Below are positions 22,944-45,100 of a DNA stretch of 64,000 bases, piece by piece (positions within the stretch are counted from its first letter, which is position 1; every line of letters begins with the position of its first letter). The stretch is from positions 1-64,000 of the forward strand of contig DF237069.1 in NCBI GenBank assembly GCA_000708835.1, in the 5' to 3' direction. The DNA comes from Klebsormidium nitens (lineage: Eukaryota > Plantae > Klebsormidiophyceae). The translations under genes and the position numbers were made by a program. The notes under the pieces were generated by a model. That model worked only from the letters and a program-made list of their open reading frames with translations, had not been told where the DNA came from and ran no database searches.

Positions 22944-23098
22944 CTAGACCACAGCCCATGTCGCAGATTCCAATTGTCCCTTTGCTCGTCTTCGCGAGCC
23001 TTGATTCTGAATTAAGTTGAGGTGATCACTTCCTTTCTCTTGTTTCCATTTGCGAAGTCCTGATTTGCACAAGACGAGCGACTGTAGATTCTGGCGCA

Positions 23099-26000
23099 AT
23101 GGCCCTTTCTAGGAGCTGGCTTCTGTGCCTCTTTGGGTTCCTTCTCCTTTCGCAGCAGTGCCTCCAATTGGCATATGCCGAGGAGGCTGCTGGCGATGAC
23201 GATGCGGGCGAGTACGAAGATGATGAGGTGCCACAGGCCGCAGCTGAACCCGCTGCTGTGGAAAACTCCGAGCAGAATGTGCTCGTGTTGACTGAGAGCA
23301 ATTTCGACAAGGTGATGGAACCCCTGAGCCTAAAAAATAGGTCTTTGCTCATTCACTTTGCTTAGTCAAAACATGGATGTATCTATCTCTCTCGTCGAGC
23401 GATATGGATAATCCTGATGCTCCAGCGAGGTCAATTGTCAGCAGCTGCGAAACCCCTGGCAAAAAGGGAAAAAGAGCATCGTGGCAATCCGCCTTTGTTG
23501 AGATGGAAGGCATATACTCAAGCTCAGGGTCTCCCAGAGCAATCCTTCGTTGATGTATGCCCTTGGAAGCGGCTCCCAAGCGCAAGGTTTGTGAGAGCAA
23601 TCCTGTGAAGTGCTCAATGTAGCGGTCTAAGCAAGTTCTGCCGAAGACAATGAGCAATAAGGGGTGCTGTTTTCCATATGGTCCAGTCTTAGGCTAGTCA
23701 TTATTCTTAAGCTGGTCATTGTTCTAAATTGCATCCCCATTCATCTTCAAAAGGGTGGCAAAGGAAGACATGACTGTACATAGGTTAGCTCGCCTTGTAT
23801 TATGGTGGTGAATTTTCTTCGTAAGCTCCTTGATTCTGCTACCTTAAGTTGTATCATGTTTGTTCAGGAGCATATTGCCAATGGGGTTTGCTGAGAATCG
23901 TTGTGGCAGTCTATCTACTTACATCTGCCTCAGATGAGAATCTTCTTCCATGGAGATCCTTTGGATTGTTCCGCAACTTAATGCTGTGCTTTTAAGACTT
24001 GTCCACATTCACCACGTTGTTCTTTCCCGCATATTTACTTTAGTATTACCTACTCTTAAGGAGATTGCCGACAGATTACTAATACAGTGTGTCCCACAAT
24101 TGAGAGCTTGGCTGGCACTTTTGTGACAGTTCCGGCCAATTACACCAGAGTGCGCTCCCTTGGGTTTCAAGCCTTCAGATCCTCTTCAAGCCCCTGATAT
24201 TTCTTTCGCAGACTGTCCAAGGCCACAAGTATGTGCTGGCAGAATTCTACGCCCCCTGGTGCGGGCACTGCAAGAAGTTGACGCCGGAGTACGCTGAGGC
24301 TGCCACCATTTTGAAGGGGTATGAGGAGGACGTTGTCCTGGCCAAGATTGATGCCACCGAGGAGAAGAGCCTTGCGGAAAAGTATGGCGTCAGCGGTTTC
24401 CCTACCATCTTCTGGTTTGTGGATGGGGAGAAGACTGATTACAAGGGTGGGAGGACTAGGTAAGTAGGTGGCACCTCCAAAGCCATCTTTGCGTACGTCG
24501 GGCTGCAAGATATCTTCTCTGGTTGATCCTCCCCTGTTAGGGTTGAGTACTATGTATGCGGAGTGCATTCCAGATTCATGGCAGCCTGTTTGGGTTGCAA
24601 AGCATGGAGTGTGGGCTGTCAACTGATCGCCTGAAGGCGTGCTGCAGAGCAAGCGCTGGCATTCACGGTTTGAAAGTCGGCGAAGCAAATTGAAGACTTC
24701 AAAGGTTTGGCTATTGTTGTTGCCAAAGCATCAGATTCAGATGAGGGTTGTGCTGTTGCAGTGGGGAGATTGTGTCCTGGATCAAGAAGAAGACCGGCCC
24801 CCCGGCAACCACCCTGACCTCCAAGAAGGAGCTGATTGACATCCTTGAGGTGGAGACCGCTGTGGTTGTTGGCTACTTTGACAAGCTTGAGGTAAGTCCA
24901 CTTCCTAGACTTGAACGTATCCGCAACATTCACAAGCCGAGCAGAGTCTCTTGTGACCTTCTAAAAAGACAGCGTGCTCAAAGGAAATGAAAGGATAGAG
25001 GGGCTTTTTGGTCACTTACTCGAACTTTTTGAGCAGAACTGTGCATGGTACCCACTAGGCACACTGGGTAGCTTGCTGTTCGTTGAAGTGAGCAAGCTTA
25101 TGTAACAAAGTGCGAAAGTTCCGCAATCAGCGGTCCTCCTCTAGCATGCTGTGCTGTTGGCGGATCTGCTACAGGGACTTTTTAGCTTGACACTTACAGC
25201 CATTTTTTGTTTCTGCCAGGGCGCTGAGTGGGAGGCCTTCCAGGCTGCAGCCAGGTCCATCGACGATGTTGCCTTTGTCCAGACTACTGAGAAGGTGGTT
25301 GCGGACGAGGCAGCCATTAAGGGCTCTGCGCCTGCCGTTGTCCTGCTCAAGGACGAGGAGGAAAAGCTCTTGCAGTTTGGTGAGGGCTTCAACAGCTTCT
25401 GACGGTCAGCGCATCTTCAGGCCATCGATTGATATCTTCCCTTCTCCGCCAATAAGGAGATAACTGAGCAAAGTCCGTTGCTTGGATTGCAGACTGATCT
25501 GGAATGCTACTGGCTGAGGAACTCAGGTTCGATGTTATACCGGCGCCTGCCAGAATTGCATCAAATTGACAGTTTCAGGCACGGATGTTCCAAGGTGGCA
25601 AAGTTCAGGTACAGATGTTCCAAGGTGGCAAAGTTCTGATGTGTTTGCTGTGGAGTGGAGAGGGCTGAAAGGCTCAAAGGCAGCACAGCTCCTGACTCGA
25701 GCTGCAAAGATCGATTTTGCGTTCTAAAGGGACCTGTACAGACCGGTATTCTGACGGCAAAAGTTGGACCTTTGCAGATGGCAAGTTCAAGGATGCGGAT
25801 CTCAAGGACTTCGTTTCCAAGAACAAGCTCCCCTTGATCGTGGCCTTCTCTCAGGCGACCGGGCCTGCTATCTTCCAGAGCCCTGTCAAGAAGATGGTGT
25901 GTAACAGACGCTTGATTCTTTCGATTGAACCAGTGAATCTATTGCTTGAAGCTGCTTCAATCAAAGGAGCAAGATGGCGGCAGTCCCAGTGGTTTGTGAA

Positions 26001-28131
26001 TCGGCAGTTTCCGCTGCTCCTTCTACTGTTAGGCATTCTTTAGCTGACGCGGCGATAACATTTCCTGAGGCACTGCCCACCTCAGCTTGAACGGTTGTAT
26101 GCATGCCTCACGGGCACAAGAGACTGAGCAACGCTTTCCTCCTGCTGGACAGGCCTTCATTTTCGCCGAGGGAGCCGGCGAAAAGTCGATGAAGGACGCT
26201 CAGGCGGTGGCAAAGGATTTCAAGGGACAGGTAAGTCGCCATGTGTGCTTGTTCCACGTTCCAAGACTACATCTTATCAGCAGTGGCAGCTTTCTGGTTT
26301 GTCGCTGCTATACTAGCTAGAATACCTATTAATAGCACCTTCTTGCGGTTTAGATACTGTCAAAAATGGCCTTTTCGTCCCGTTCGACGAGGTCCTTCGG
26401 GCCGGGTGGATGACTCAACGTTCTTTCTTTGGATGCTCGCAGGTTACCTTCGTTTCTGTGGACGTCAACAGCCAGGAGACCGGCCAGCTCGTTGAGTATT
26501 TCGGTGCCAAGGGCCAGACGTACCCTTTCGTAAGTAATCTAGTCCCTTCTGGTGCCCTTCGTGTGGACCTGACACCTTGAGACAGACGTGAAGCTGGTTC
26601 GTCGGCAATTTTAACCCGTGGAAGTTTGGTGCCGCTTGAGTTGAAGTTAACAAGTTGCTTGCAAGACCTTCGTTTGGGTACCGTGTTCCTCCCTTCAGAG
26701 ATCCGGCTTTTGCTGAACTCATCTTCATCCTGCACAACCTCCGTTTGCAGGTGGTCGGTTACGATTCTGTTGCAACGAAGAAGTATCAGCTGGAGGATAA
26801 GTTTAGCAAGGCGGCGCTGAAGGTACGTTTTGCGCCTGATTTGACTATGCTCGGCCGTCAGATGGACTGTGGACTGTTTGTATGCCTCCGCTACTTTTGT
26901 AACTCATTATAAGGTAAGCAATTAAAAGCATGTTCATCTATCAGCTCGACATTTCCGCCTGGTACGAGTTGGTCTGAAGCACAGGGTGAGAAGTTTTGCT
27001 TGATGTCAAGAGTCGTTCTTTGCCCCAAGTGTTGACGATTTGCCAACTGTGCGGTTGCAGACATTTGCGACAGGGTTTGTCAAGGACACTCTGAAGCCTT
27101 TCTACAAGTCCGATCCGATTCCGGACAAGGTGGGTCATCCTTGAAACATCCAGCCTACGTCTTTGTGCCGATCAGTTCCTCGGTTTGCCTGTCTGTTCAA
27201 CAAGGGTAACACTTTGCTGCAAGCTCGATTGCACGTTCCGATGGCTTTGCTTTGCGTCTGTGTCAAGATACTCATTTACAGTGTGTCAGCTGATTGCATC
27301 GGAACCTCTGCTTACGAGGTTGGACAGTATTTGCCGAGCAGTAGGAGGCATGCAATCAATGCTAGTAGGTGCCATACTCCCTCTGACGCCGTTTCTCCTC
27401 CTGTGCTCGGGCTCGTTCCGTTTCGAATCAAGCATCATCGGAACAATTTCGTTGCTGTCTTCTAGGAGAGCGAGGACGGCGTCACTGTGGTCGTCGGGAA
27501 CAATTTCGAGTCCGTGGTTTTGGACGAAACCAAGGACGTCCTGCTGGAGGTGTATGCGCCGTGGTGCGGACACTGCAAGGCGCTGGCCCCCACCTGGGAG
27601 AAGCTGGGCAAGCGCTTCCGCAGCGTGGACAGCGTCGTCGTCGCAAAGATGGACGGCACCACCAACGAGCACGAGAAGGTCAACGTGCGCGGGTTCCCCA
27701 CGCTGCTCTTCTATCCCGCGGGGTCGAAGGGGAGTCCGGTGAGTGCGGCGTCGCTTAGCAAGTCTATGCTGGTCTTCTGAGGCCCTGGTCGAGTTTGGAT
27801 CTTTCCACTTTTGCACGAGAGTGTCCTTCTTGTCGTACGTTCTGGGCATGAAGATTGAGTTTTCAAGGGTCTTTCTGAGTTTCTAATAGTTCTCCCAAGG
27901 TACGAGTTGACAAGGTTTATCCAACCGGTGAGAAGGAATCAACTTTTGAGGATCGGACGTCTCCCTTTGCAGTTGAACGTCGAGGTTAAGGACAGGACGG
28001 TGAAGGCGTTCACAGATTACATCAAGGAGAACGCCAAGATTCCGTTCGAGTTGAAAAAGAAGGAGAAGAAAAAGGAGGAGGGAATCGAAGAGCCAACAGC
28101 AACGGAAAACGTCAAGAAGGATGAGCTTTAG
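23099..28131 (+). CDS. PDI: Protein disulfide isomerase (a-b-b'-a'), ER-resident, acidic N-terminus, ~535 aa; 11 exons: 23099-23311, 24212-24459, 24762-24891, 25220-25379, 25778-25896, 26153-26230, 26443-26529, 26751-26822, 27061-27129, 27466-27738, 27973-28131
   Basis: Signal peptide MALSRSWLLCLFGFLLL; two FYAPWCGHCK/VYAPWCGHCK thioredoxin sites; C-terminal KDEL. Total 1608 nt, in frame. Confidence 0.95.
25574..25636. repeat. Two-copy 30 bp tandem duplication in a PDI intron
   Basis: ttcaggcacggatgttccaaggtggcaaag / ttcaggtacagatgttccaaggtggcaaag. Confidence 0.85.
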
Positions 28132-29378
28132 ATAGGTTTGAGGAGAATATTTCAGATGCTGGTGGTCAGGCCCCGTACGAAGCATTTGGAGAATTTTTAG
28201 AAGTAACGAAGCTTAGTTTTGAGTCGCAATCCATGGGCAGGGCCGATGTACGTTATTAGTAAAGTCTGTTCCTCGTTGGGAACATGGAGATTCTCATAGT
28301 GGTTCCCTCATTGCTTTCAAAGGTTACATTGCGGATGTTCTTGAGCAATCGGTAGCAAGTGAAGCGCCAGGCCACAAGGCCAGTCTGATCATGGTGCTAA
28401 AGTTTGGCTTGAGGTTGTATGGTCAAAAAGTCGACATGGCTCTGACGCACCGGGTTGCTTCGGATGAATTATCACGTGGGTATTCACAGGCTTTTCAGCT
28501 GCGAGGAGTAGGATTGTACGTATTCTGATGGATGTGTCATGCCAGTCAACCGAACTTCGTTTTCTGCGATTGGGCATTCGACTCAAACCTCATTGTATGC
28601 CACAAATAATTCTTAAAGCCATTAAGGCCGCATGGCGCATTGGTAGAGCGTTTGTAGTGACTGCAACCGACGGTCATCTTGTGGCACCTCGGACTTCAGT
28701 TCCGGTTGGCAGCGCTAGCCGTGCGCTTTTCCTCAAAATTGTCCATGTTTCAGCACCTGCTGCTAGCAGAGCGGGTAGGTAGGTACCTGCTGCAACTTCC
28801 AAGCTATGACTAGTCCTATCCTAGAGAGGTGCTCAACTTCAAGCCTCATGCAGGAGTCATAATCCTGGCAAATGACAAACCAATAGAAACTCGCATTGAC
28901 ACGTGTCCGTACATTCTCCGATCCCGAGCCAGATTCTACTCGGACATTTCCCGCAATTTCTAATTAAATGCAACAATAAGTGCCAAGGTTCTCGGGAGGT
29001 TTCAAGGCTTGACGGAAGCATGCCCGATTGACACCACAAGAGTAGGTGACGAGGGCGTCATCATGACAAGCTGAGACGCGTGACCCCGTCATGCGAGGGC
29101 GAAGACGACGCAGGGCAAGCACACAAGGGTGACGAAACGAGAACTCAAGCTACTGCGTACTAGAGCTTGAAGTTGAAGTTGCAAGGGGGGGCGAACTCCA
29201 GCCGCCGTCATTGCATGATCCTAGCTGAACACCAGCATGGAGACGCGCTTTCCACCTGCCTTGTAGCCCCGATCTGGACGCCAATTTTGGCGAGAAGGAA
29301 AGAGCATCGCCACCAGCATTTGGGGTTTTATGTCCTGCACTGTCTCCTTTATGCATCTAGGTTTTGAGGAGCTCTGCT

Positions 29379-37973
<8,595 letters not shown>

Positions 37974-40196
37974 AAACATTTTCGATAAAGGAGACAAAAG
38001 ACCCGCGGCTTCTGCGCAAAACTTAACCTGTTGATAGTGCACAAAAGTTCATCATGTCGTCAATCCATCGCGGTTTACTATGATTCTTGATCCGTCGGAA
38101 AACAACAACAGCCTCTCAACCTCCTACATTGGTTGTGCAGAGCGTTTGCTGTTGCGGGGTTCTTTTGACACTTCGTAGCTTTGATTGCTGATACTCAGGA
38201 GGGCAGTTACGGCTCTGTCTTTTCCGGCATTCTCAGGCGATTAATCCTCTTCCGCTACCTTCCAGGTGTGCCAGATGGTGCGGCATACGGCTCCATCAAC
38301 CGACTTCCTGAGAAGCGGGTTGGCTGAAGTTCCGGGGACCGTTAGAACTTCTTGCGGCTCGATGCGCAGCCAGTGATCAAGGAATGAAGGGGCAATGCAG
38401 CCGAGTCAAATTCGGAGAGCAAGCCGCGGGAGTTGGAAGTGGAGGAGCAAGTAGATGCAGTAGATTTGCCGCTTTGCGCCATTAGCGCCCACGCCTCCCA
38501 TCGCTACGCCCTCGACGCTACTCGACTTAGGCCCCTTTCGAATCCTCTTCTTGAAGGGTCCCCAGTTCAGTAGCCGTGCATGAGCCTGGCCGATATAGAG
38601 TGGCGCAAGGTAGTCTTGGAAAGAGAGGAGACGATGGGCTAACAAGAGAGGGGCATGTCAAAACCACGGAGCCAAACAGGATTCTCGTTGCTGGTGCTAA
38701 TGCCCACTGCTTTTTTGATGAGAGACCGAAAGGAGAGGTGGGATTGCACGACTTGCTGCGGCCAGCTGCGGTTCGTTGTAAAAGGTTCTGTCTTGGCAGT
38801 GGGGAGAGGTGCGGCAGAGAGTGGTCTGACTGCGGGACAGCGGCAAGGTTCCGGGTTGCCTCGTCTGCTGTATGGGTTCAAAGCAAAGACCCCTTTGAAA
38901 TGCAAGGCGGACCCCTTTGGTGGGTTGAGGACGGCAAGCGCTAATGAGAAGAGGACCTCGTGTGAGGAAGGGAGGTACTGACCATCTTGTTGAGGACGGC
39001 GGAATAGCAGGAGCAGTTGGTGAACGATGTTGCAGGAAGTGCTTCATCTACACGCACCGAGAGGTAAGGAGTGTGCCCCTGTTTTCCAAGAGAGGAAAGT
39101 GTTTGTTTCTAAAGACGCGGTGAAGGGCTTCAGGAAGGTGTCATTCATCCGCGTTCATACTAATGTTGTCCACATTTTGCCGCAATACGTTACTTGCCAC
39201 TTCGACCTGGTACGCCTTGCAATCAAGGGGTTTCTGTACATAGGACTGTGTTTCGTCACCCATTAACCGGGATGGAGGCGTTTTGTTGCTTGGCAGCTGT
39301 TGCGCTACCATATTATTGATTCTTCGTCGCCCAATTTGCTGGAGATGCTGACATTATGATCTGTCATCTTGTCAAGGGCCCCAGATTGCAAGAGGAGAGC
39401 AACAGTAAATGCTGGATTGACGCTTACTTTTCTGCCGCCCAGCAGGTGCTCTTTCGTGATTGTGGCGCCACAAGCATCATTGAGAGAAAAGAGAGAAAGA
39501 GCGGAGCCTGCTTGTAGCATCAAAAGGTGGACTATACACATGCTGTAAGAGATTCACAATGTCAGTTTGTCAAATTACTATCTTCTCTGGAGATAGAAGT
39601 GCCAGAATCCCAATTGTCAACCTCGGGCCATGCACCCATTGGTGGACATTGGATGCATCATGGTGTTATGTGAGTGAATGACAAGTTCCTCAAACCTGCA
39701 GTTTCATCGATTGCGGACGTTGTCTATTAAGTGAGGATTGCAAGTGGGCCCTCCCACCTTTGTTCAATTGCATGGGCAAGCCCCAAGACCTCCCGGAAAT
39801 GGTCCAAGCAGCACATTTGAATGATAGGCCTCAAAATTAATCGATCATGCAGTAATGGTCCTGCTTTTTCGCGCCGTCAAATGGAACTTTTCTAGAGCAG
39901 GATTTCAAAATTCAAAATGTTCTCGGACAGTAGAATTTATCATAGATTTATTGGTCAAAGCCTGCTGTACCATCCCGTGGAGAAGGCGCTGGCTTTCAAA
40001 TTCACATGTGCGGACAACAGTTGAGCCCCAATCATGTCGCACGACTGACGGTCTGACATTTGACATCCACGTGGACGTTGCACGGGCAATCTACGGCGGG
40101 CAAGGCAGCGGGGGACCTTCCATCCAGGATCGAGTTCGATCAAAATTCAGTTGCATGGCCAGCCTGCCCACGTGAAGTGACCCACTGCTAGGTACC

Positions 40197-40252
40197 GCAT
40201 AGTGCACATGCTTGATGGCTGATCTGTGCAATGCCATTGATGTGCACTATGC
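40197..40252. repeat. Inverted repeat: 13 bp perfect arms plus an inner stem
   Basis: gcatagtgcacat (40197-40209) and atgtgcactatgc (40240-40252); inner tgatggc/gccattg pairing around a 13 nt loop. Confidence 0.7.
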
Positions 40253-42148
40253 AGGCAACTTTGCTGAGCACGCCGTCAGCTGGCTAGCATGGCCTGGAGG
40301 AGTCGAGGACAGTATCAAGAGCTCATGAACGACTCTCAGGAAAAAGTGCTCAAGGTAGAACTTCGAAGTTCACCAAATGACCCCAAAAGTGGGAGCAGCA
40401 GTCAGTACCGTCTGTGTCATCTCGCTAGGTGGCAGCATTTGCTGAGTTTGCTTTGAATGGTTCATGCTTGCATGTGCTGAGCTGAGGAAGGATTTCAGTA
40501 GATGTATCATGTTGCAGGCATTCCAGGGCTGAGGAAAGGTTACAGGATCAAGGAGGATCGGGTTTCCTCATTCATGCAAATGGGGAAGCTGTGAAGAGTG
40601 GAAGTTTTCTAGGCCTGTCGCATCGTTGTGGTGGAGTTAGACTGGTGTAAACTCATGGTAAGTACTGCTAATTGTCAGTTATGAGACTTTGGTTTGCTTA
40701 CTGGAAGAGTGGTACTGAAGAATCCACTTACACTGTTTTGATCGGAGTCAATGTTGCGCAACTCTGCAAGCGCAGTGTAAGGGCAATGGACCTCAGAGCT
40801 TGTGAAAATGAATGATGATTGTAGATCAGGGGTCCTCACCAGGTTACTGACTGGAGAATGGTCCTCCGTCACATGATATCCGAAGCGGAAGCACTGCTGT
40901 ATGCAATTGCATAGAGAGCACTCCTCACCCTTGATCACCTAGCTCGTCAAATGGTCGTCGCAATTGGTCATGTCCGATGATACTTCCTGGTGTAAAGTTC
41001 AGCAAGGGTTTTTCAATCCTTACTGGAATTGATGTAGAACTAGAACCTTTAAGTTAGCTGCTGATTCACTGATTGAACCATAAGTAGAATGCACTGTCAT
41101 CAGATTGTATCATGATCCAGATTTCAGCACTAGTGTGCATTGATTCCAGAAGTTATGGAAAGCTATACTTTTGGAACGCTACTCACCTAGACAGAATGTT
41201 CAAGGTGTCGATGGAAACGTGAGGGTTAGAATCTCTAGCAGATTGGTGGTGGTCTACATTTCAAAGCTCCTTTCGATAAATATTAGGATGGAGCTTTCTG
41301 GGAGTTTTCACCGGTCAATCTGATTTTCTCCCTGATGCTGTGGTCTGCTTCCTTTTAAACTGCGTGCCTCAGCCAGTAGTCAGTTTGCTGCAGCTTCCCC
41401 CCTTCGGTACTGACCTTCTATCAGTTAGTAACATCAGTAGTTTAGCTCCCCTTCATATCAGACGTGCCTGTTGTTCGTACTTCTGCAGGGCCTGATAATG
41501 TCAGGACTGAAGGTGCCAAGAACGGCGGTGGCACTGCTCCTGTTGGCGGGGCTGCTGAATATGTTGCCTGCGATCGGAGGTAGGTCAGATCGACATTCAC
41601 TCTCTTCGTACATATGGACCAACTTGTAGACTGCATCAGGACACTTCAGTGGCCAGGACAAGGTGCTATTACCCCCCGTCAGAACTTTGAGAGGTTGCAA
41701 GCGAGGAGCAGCTCTTAGGCCAGCATTGGCAGAATAACTGAGGTGCCCTTGGAATAACAGGCAGTGAGATGCAACGCTGTGTGGCCTCATAGTTGTCCTC
41801 ATCAACCACAGCTTTTGAGAAAGCTGTTCATCTTTAAGCTCTGAGTAAGGAAGTATGTTTTGTATTGCTCAGTGATCTTTTGTCAACTGATAGCAGGCCC
41901 TTTAAATGTGTCACCAAGTTGTTTTTGGAGCAGAGAGGCAAGTTCTTGGGTGTGCGCCTTTCCTGCTGGCAGAGACCAGGGAATAGAAAAAGAAGCTGAT
42001 GGCGCCTGGCCAAATTTTCTATGCGGAATTGACAAAATGGAACAGAAGGGAACATTGCTCAGGAGTGGGAAAAGTGGTCAGCATGGAGGCGGAGCTCTGC
42101 TGAGGTGGCATTTTTTGATGTCTCATGCACTGCCCCGACTCTTTGCAG

Positions 42149-45100
42149 CTGCACTTATCAGCAGCTACTGGCCGGCTGTTGGCTCTTACGCAGGTAAGAT
42201 AGCGCTCCTGTCAGAACCAATGCCACTTCAACATGTCGACATAGCAAGAAGCGTACATTTTTCGGTAGCTTTCAATGAGAAATCACACTTGATTGGAGAG
42301 GCACGGCTGTGGAAAGGCAAAGTTGTGGAAGATGAGCGTATTTAGCAAGTAGCAGACCATGCGATGTAGCATATCAGGATGACAAACATATTGAAGGGGT
42401 CCGGGAGTCAAGGATCAAAAGCTTGCATCGACTTTTATAAAGGCAAAGCCCCTCTGAACGATGCTCTTTTGATGAGCTTGACCTACAGGCGGATTGTGCG
42501 GTGGCAGCAACCTAAGCTTTGCGCAGAACTACCATAGAGAGCCTGACTTGAGGAAGCTCCATCTGTATCAACTCGTCCAAGCAGAGCTGGAAGGTAAAGA
42601 CCTCGGCACTGTCTAAGCTGCCTTATCTTTGCAGGTGGCACCCAGCTTTCTATCGTTCTCGAGAACCCTCTCAACGTCACGCAGACAAACGGCTGGGTGT
42701 ACTGCCGTTTTGGGTCAACGATTATCTTCAGCGCAGGCTACGACGCAAATGCAACTGCAGGCCCGACTGTCACGTTCCTTGCCCCAGCTTCTCTGAGCGG
42801 CAAGGCGGAGGTGGATGTGGCGTTCAGTGCGAATAGAACCACCTTCGAGATCTTTGGAAGATTCATCTACCACGGTGAGTGTTGGGGCCGGCTCCAATCC
42901 AGATTCTATTAGAATCCCGCATCACCGAGCTTGGACAAGCTTGCAGCGATCTCAATTATGCTGGCAGGTTAGCCCCTCGTGCATGGGTCTTTTCTGCGAG
43001 ATCAACACGCATTTTTTACAATCCAAGTTGTTATCAGCCGTCGGTAGAAAGACCTGTATTCTTTTGACCTGTAAGGAACTTCGAGTTGGTGGCTCTTGCT
43101 TTGATCCTTCACATGCACCAAAGAGAGCGAGCCAGTAACGGACAGTTTTCGTCACGGAGTACTTCCAACCGATTTTCACGAACTCTGGCAAAGCAGCGTC
43201 GTAGCTGATGCCAGGCAGGGGAAAACGACCATACTCTGCTTCGATCAAAATTCAAACTCTCCGTCTGTGCTTGAAGATACTGCGTCCCATTCGACAGATT
43301 CCCTGCTCCGCATCTTATCAACACGCAATCAGGATAGGGTAAAAAAAAGTAATGGTAAAGCTAGTCTTCCAGCATCTCAGCCCCTGCTTCATTCTTGCAG
43401 AGCCCCTGATGATCCAGTCGGTGGAGCCCGCGGCTGGGCCCGTCGCCGGTTATCACCACATTTACGTCACCCTGCGTAACCGGAACCCGCTGCCGAGCCA
43501 GCTCACCGGCAACGACATCAAGCTCCTGCTCGATCCCGCTTGTACCTTCCAGAACGTCACCGTGCCCGGGAGCTTCCACCGATCATCCGCGGACTTCCCC
43601 TGGGCCTATGTTCGCTGCAAGACCCCGCCTAGGACTGCGGGTCCGGTCAACTTGACCGTGTCCCTGAACGGCCAGGAGTGGTCGGTCCTGCCGGGAACGT
43701 ATACGTACGTAAACTCCAGCCAGCTGACGGTCGCGGCGATTGCAGAGTACCAGGGGGGCAACGACCCGGAGGCGTTTACGTCGTGGATTGACTCCCAAAC
43801 GGACTCCAACGGGACCGTCAGCCACTTCTACAACGCATTCTACGGCGTCGCTGAAAGTGAGAGTTCTTTGTCCAATGATCAAAGCAGCTTTCAATCTGCA
43901 GCCGCGTTTGGCACAAACTTTCTCTGGCAGGTTCTTTGCGGGTTGAATCAGACTCGGTCCTTCGATCGTTTGCAAAGCTCGGTGGAAGTTCGCAGGCGTT
44001 GCGGTCCGATCTCTGCTTCGACAGTGCCTATCAATCTGTTCGGGGCTCCTTCAGTTCGTGCCCGCCAACTCTCGGACTGGAACAGTATCAAGAGGGCGTG
44101 TGACGGAAAGGAACGAAGTGTTGGAGCGCACAGGACAACCAGTCTGTTCGGTTTCTGGTCCTTTGTAGTTCACGACACAGGAAGGAAGTAAGCAAGCGAT
44201 GACTGAACGTCGCGTCTTAAGTCTTCCAGAGTGAAGGATAACAATATGAACGATTTTGAAGAGGTGAGAGAAAAGCTCTGGTGAATGAATTAAAGCTGCC
44301 CAAACGTTGTTTGACGATTCCAGTTTGTGCGACTGCTCCGGCTTTGCAAAAGAGAGAGTTCCGTTTAAGGTCATTTTCAAATGTAAAAATACACTACTCT
44401 TTCAATCTGATGCTGCACGTCGTGAAACACCTGTCGTAGGTCTTTGACTACTCTCAAAATCCTTCCTTGTGAAGCCCTTTGTAAGCTTCTTTTTGATGGC
44501 TACAATAGTCCTTTATCAAGTGCGATCTGATGAGCAGACCGAGATATGCATTCTAAAGTTGCAGCTGAAAACGATGACCAAAAGGTAGGAGGTCCCTTTA
44601 CCAGTTCTGATCAAGTTGCACCTGGTCAAAGCATTTGCAGGGTCTGAAGACGTATCATCGAGCTGACGAGGTTTCCAAAGCACTCATGAATTTCTGTATG
44701 CTGTATCTTCAGACCAAGGATCGGGCTATTTGTACAATGAGACGGTGCAGACGCCTACAAAGTTCTACTACTACGACCCTTTGGCTGGGCCGAGTAAGTG
44801 ACGCGACCCTGCTCGAACTGTTTAGGTTGCGTCCCATTTGATAAGTAACGGCTCCAGCCAAAGCTCGGTTTTCTTGTCTTTACCAGACATCAATCGACTC
44901 GACGTTTGCATCTATGCTTTAGGTTGAGCCTTTGGTGTTTTGCAGCAACCTGTCGTCGTGACTCGCGAAGGAGGCAGACATGGTTGCTCAGGCGTCTCGA
45001 TTTTGTTTGCTTCATGCACAGACGTATGCTTATCCAGATTGCGAACCCGCCCTGTAGAGGTGTTTCACAGCTTGGTGATCAGAGACTTTCGCGCTCGCAA

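Noticed and set aside
40519-40657. GGSGFLIHANGEAV resembling an HtrA protease motif
   Set aside because: In-frame stop about 20 codons later and no catalytic His/Asp/Ser context; likely chance.
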